Positions 59,601-64,000 of a DNA stretch of 64,000 nt are shown here, in pieces; position 1 is the stretch's first letter; the number at the start of each line of letters is the position of its first letter. The stretch spans positions 37,696,001 through 37,760,000 of the forward strand of contig OZ365109.1 in assembly GCA_977030845.1 (NCBI GenBank), in the 5' to 3' direction. The translations under genes and the position numbers were made by a program. The stretch comes from Fimbriosthenelais zetlandica (lineage: Eukaryota). The notes beneath the pieces were generated by a model. It was not told the origin of the DNA. It searched no databases and saw only the letters and a list, made by a program, of their open reading frames with translations.

Positions 59601-62600
59601 CAGTATTCTGAGGCTAGCCTCAAAACACAGGGGAGTGTTTATTAGGGGGAGTGTTTTAGGACGTTTACAGCGGCCCCAGTCTTTCATGGTGTACATAACA
59701 ATGTTATTGATATTTGAGTAAATGGTACACACCTGACATGGCAGGCTTCATTATGGAGATCCCCACTGATATGTATGCCTCTATACTCGCCTCCATGCTC
59801 CCGTTATCAATCTGTCCAAAACTAATCACTCATACCCCACCAGCACAGATTATGCTCCTGACAGATTGTACTGCATGTAGAATTTCAGATGAGGTTCATG
59901 TGAATATTATTTTTGTACCTGGATAAATACCCTACTTGATGCCAAACACCTGGTATTTTCCTGGTTCTGACCTGAGATGTCGCTGAGATATAGCTGGCTG
60001 AAGTCTCACTCAAGAGAAATCAATACCTAAACATGATAAGTCACCCCAGAGTAGGAAATTCATGAGAGTCATATTTAGCAAGTATGATGTCACAGGATGT
60101 CACATGGTTTTGGGTAGCCAATCAGAATGAGGAAAGGGCCCGGCATTTCCATTGTTATACACAGGGGGCGCCACTTAGCTTATAAATAGACTGGACTGTT
60201 AGATGGCGTGTTCTTTATTCTGATTGGCTAACCAACACCATGTGACATCCTATGACATCATACTTGCTAAAAGATGGCTGCCCTGTGACTGGGGCCAATT
60301 ATCATGTTTGGGAATTTATTTCTACCTACTGAGACATCAGCCAGCTATAATTTGTAGTGATATATAACTATCTAAGATCAGAACTACCAAGGAAAATAAC
60401 TTAATACTAAGTATTTATCATCTCTTTAAGAAGGTATCAAGAGCCGTATCAGCTTATTTTTCAGCCAGAATATCTGGAATGGCCCTAATATGTACAGTCT
60501 GTTCACTCTAAGTTGATCCGAAACCACCATACATTTGTACTGTAGTTTCGGATCAACTTAGGGTGAACAGACTGTAGTCCTTGAATTTTAATGGGTGTCA
60601 TTGAGTGTCATTGAAGTCTTTGAAAACTTTTCTACTGATAACTTCTCTGTTTTATCAATTATGAGATAGCAGCAAATAAGAAAGCATGCAAGTATGAATA
60701 CTTGCTCCCATAGCGGTGGTAATGAAGCTAAATAATGGTGCACTGGAAACAAAATGAACTGTGATAGATAAAAGAGAGGAGATGTCTGGCCCTTCGCTTG
60801 TCAAATTACTCATTAAAGCAGTCGTCGATATCAATACGTGGCATTTAAGGAATTCATAAGTGAAAAAGATTTTCGTCATGATGACAATTCAGTGAGCACG
60901 CGCGAATCCTTTATCCACCAAACACCCTGGTGAGATGTATATTATAGCCTACAGGGTGTCTCAATAAAAACTAAACCAAGTACCTAACAAAAAGCAAGGT
61001 ACTACCAGTAAGTACAAACAAATCCTTCAAAATGATACTTTCCTAGGGTCACGCATCATTGAGTACCATAGTTTTGCAAATGTGTTAGCGAATTGGACCT
61101 AGCTCACTTTCATATTCACTGTGCTACCAAAATGAATAAGTGCACAGAACTCAAAATCTCTATTTATACCAGGGATAATTTGTAAATAATAAACTTATAA
61201 AGTTGGGACCAGAGTTTAGTTTTTATTGAGACACCCTGTATTGGAATGTATTATTTATGCCAGATTCTGCAGGATGTTCACGATTGCTCGTAGAAATATG
61301 CAACTCCACCATTATGAGCATAGAGCTGACAATCGAAATTCAAATGAAATCGTCATGAGATACCAATCTGTGTTTATTCAAGATATGCCAGGCCTCCGAT
61401 ATGCCAACACATAACAGTAAACATGCATGCAATGGAAAGGGAAATGAAAAATGTTTATGATTCACTAGAGGATGCTGAAATAATATAGTCAGCTGTTATT
61501 GTGTGGAATTACCAAGTATTGTGCAATTCCAGCTGTCACTTATACTTATTCATGTCCCGTGATATTTGACTGTCATTCCCACTAACAAATACTCTACATG
61601 CCTAGGCCTCGACACCTTGGGTGACTCACCATTGTTCGATATGAATAATAGACTTTGATAGTGTAGATTGAAAATTAGAAGGTGAAGAAGCGTTCTTTTG
61701 TCTAATGGGTTGGTAGAACTATATAGCTAGCTCATGGTCTGAGGGCATACACCGTTACAGGTCTTCAAGATTGAAGATTCACTCAAAGATATTCAAAGCT
61801 TATCGTATAGGCTTATTGTGTACTTCAAGCTCTAAATGAGTGAGTGAGTTAATTTTGCAATTATTCAGTAATTAATCAGAATGAAGAAGAAACAAGCTGT
61901 CGGGACACGATGACCTGCTCTTCTCGAATGACAGCAATGATGATTTTACATGCCTCTCACCGCAGACATTGGGAGACATAAGTCGTGGAGTTTGTTATAT
62001 TATACTGATTAGCAGGACTGGGTGCACTGCATGAGAAGGACAATGGCAAATGAGAATTCTTGGGGAATTGAGCATGCCGGGGCCTCCCTCGTTCTAGTTG
62101 GACACCTCAGAAGGAATGTCAGAATTCTTCTGGCAGCAAATATTGTCACATACATTTAAACCAGTTATACGTAACTTAGAAGATACTTAGAAGAGACTAA
62201 GCAACTATATTATAATCAGTATAATCAAGCCCTTTGGTACATCACAGAAGGCTTACAATAAGTTACATATCCTGCATGGATAGAACTAACTATAACTCCA
62301 TTATGCTTATTGAAAGCTGCTAATGTTACCTAATCATCATTTCCAAGTTGAGTTTCAGTCAATTATCCTCTCCGTGAATTCTCCAACACAGAATTCCGGA
62401 AGGTAAAACATTTCCAGTTAGTTCCTTAATACGAGATTTAATCGTGGTACGAGAGATAAAGGTAGGGCTGGCGACATTTGATGATCCCTTGACGCTCAGA
62501 CTGTCATGAAACTGTGTAAGATGGTCACACAAAGAAGCCCCTTGATAGCAAACAAACTTGATCTCATCCAAGTTACTGTTATCTACTCTGCACACTCAGC

Positions 62601-63022
62601 TTTCAGGAGAATTAAGACGCAAAGCAGATGATCTTTTGATGCGCACATCCTTCCAAAAACTATCTAGAATGTATTCGCATGCACCTGACACAGCTAGGCC
62701 TATGATTCTTATATCTTATATGTACATATCGTCTTATATATCTTATATATTGATCCCCTATATGGAGGACCACCATTTTTGCTGCAAGGGATGCGCAACA
62801 CTTATTAGTTCTCAGAACTGAAACCTATAAACATTTTGGTGCCCATAGGGAATACCATAAGAGTGGAAAACAAGGACGTGACGTAGAGAATGCCCCTGCT
62901 CACTATAGTCTCTCCAGTAGTCCCCTCAACTAATACTCGCTCACTCCACTAATTCCGTGTTCAAAAATGGTACTTACCATTCCATGGCAGCCTCAATGAT
63001 TCTCTGATTCTGTGGTGAATCA
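56616..63022 (-). CDS. 3' part of an unidentified minus-strand gene (six candidate exons)
   Basis: Exons 62978-63022, 61630-61718, 60702-60742, 59733-59811, 59187-59233, 56616-56723, all AG/GT bounded and phase-consistent (2-2, 2-1, 1-0, 0-1, 1-0, 0-stop); ends MAVVVIQFWEKNNNNAKINTYFRLPESIETTLYPQL*. Confidence 0.55.
56951..57535. repeat. Diverged tandem duplication, 312-bp period
   Basis: ggaaacatggat.tgaaacttt..aaga.ttgcaagtcatgaatatctag...atcattgcctggtgattcttgcagtgattctt at 56951 and 57263. Confidence 0.85.
59240..59660. repeat. Mixed direct/inverted minisatellite (GCTAGCCTCAAAACACTCCCC motif)
   Basis: More than 10 partial copies in both orientations. Confidence 0.8.
59989..60349. mobile_element. 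Foldback element with AGCCAATCAGAAT/ATTCTGATTGGCT arms (Crypton-like, tentative)
   Basis: Long imperfect inverted arms TATAGCTGGCTGA..GTCTCA / TGAGAC..TCAGCCAGCTATA and TTAGCAAGTATGATGTCA / TGACATCATACTTGCTAA. Confidence 0.65.
60495..60574. mobile_element. Tc1/mariner-type MITE (80 bp)
   Basis: TA|CAGTCTGTTCAC.CTAAGTTGATCCGAAAC...GTTTCGGATCAACTTAG.GTGAACAGACTG|TA. Confidence 0.85.
60952..61238. mobile_element. Tc1/mariner-type MITE (287 bp)
   Basis: 25-bp perfect TIR CAGGGTGTCTCAATAAAAACTAAAC, TA TSD. Confidence 0.9.
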
Positions 63023-64000
63023 CTATACATTTATGGATTGATTTCCCTCTGCTGACTACTGATAATAATAATGTTTACGGAAATCAAATATCAAAGGAAA
63101 ATAACTTTAATTATACCTAGTGTTAAGCATTCCCTTAATTAAAATGATTTTTGCATTGAGAGGCAATAATCCCCATCCTATTTGCAGGCCACCATTGAAA
63201 CCCATTTGCTTAATCATCCTCAGACTTTATCCAGATTATGAACCATAACAGATCCTTCTTATTACGAGCTACTAACAGGTGGCTTTAACTTATAAGCAGT
63301 GTATTTTTTGGGAGGTCCCACATGTGCGGTATGGACACCAACCTATATAGAAGGTATACACTGACAGAGAGGACTGCCTCCCATGTATGCGCAAACAATC
63401 GTGGACAGCTAGGTCGCGATGAACTCAAGCAATCAATAGAAATTAGATTCCTCCTTTACTCGCCGCCTTCTTCAACATCAATATCGTGGTGTCCCTGGGT
63501 GAAACCTACACGTCTAACTCGGGCTTTGCTTTGGAAAAGTGATCAGGGTGAGCCAAGGTTGTGCAGGTGTGTATCTCACACATGGCAGTCAGGTTCTGTA
63601 TAGATGACACAAAAAGATCATCCTGGCACATTCAATAATTCTCCCATCGCACCACCAACTGTCGTCAATAGAGTTTGCATAGAAGAGAGGTGGTTGTTCA
63701 AGGAGGCGGAGGAATCCTATTTAGCAATCCTCCTTTCCTCTGAATCCATGGGCGGATGTGGGGGTGGTGGTCCTATAGGGGTCAGGGCCCCTTCCCCTAT
63801 TGGAGTTTTGCCACTAAACCAGTTTTGGGGGCCACAATTGTGGCCCCTTCCCAAATCCGGGAGCTGCCTCTGCAGACAGCTTTCCTGAAAACGAATTTGT
63901 CCAACCAAAATCAAAGTTGCTGGAGACAAAAACCAATAAGATCCAATCTTGGGGAGGGGAGTTAAATCCTTTCTCTAGGGAGCCGTCCAGGTTTGACCAA

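Noticed and set aside
62600-62690. Alternative terminal exon ACEYILDSFWKDVRIKRSS...* for the minus-strand gene
   Set aside because: Possible in phase 1, but the longer six-exon chain has better donors; it cannot be excluded without RNA data.

Overview
AT-rich eukaryotic DNA with spliced genes. The transposon repertoire suggests a marine invertebrate (echinoderm/hemichordate-like; inference only). Host genes: the last three coding exons of GTDC1/QTMAN (1081-1774, +); a long-intron + strand gene or genes (candidate exons 4151-4178, 13979-14092, 42052-43249, 48713-48865, the last resembling a cyclic-nucleotide-binding domain); and an unidentified - strand gene with six phase-consistent exons (63022 to 56616). 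The centrepiece is a 14.6-kb nested cluster, with most boundaries fixed by target-site duplications read from the sequence. The outer layer is a Helentron/DINE-1-like non-autonomous element (about 14145-28765, -; defined by subterminal repeats, no TSD) carrying TATA-containing tandem arrays and a divergent pair of tRNA-like Pol III cassettes. It contains (i) a 466-bp solo LTR (AGGG TSD) interrupted by a Penelope-like RT/GIY-YIG retroelement (15-bp TSD, uninterrupted 774-codon frame, hammerhead ribozyme with a 115-nt loop III), and (ii) a young BEL/Pao LTR retrotransposon (TGCCC TSD, 494-bp LTRs differing at 2 sites) whose single gag-pol ORF is split by a Harbinger-type MITE. The rest is dense in MITEs (Harbinger-, Tc1/mariner-, Sola-, EnSpm- and Crypton-like), several nested in one another. 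All alignments and folds were done by eye; no database search was run.
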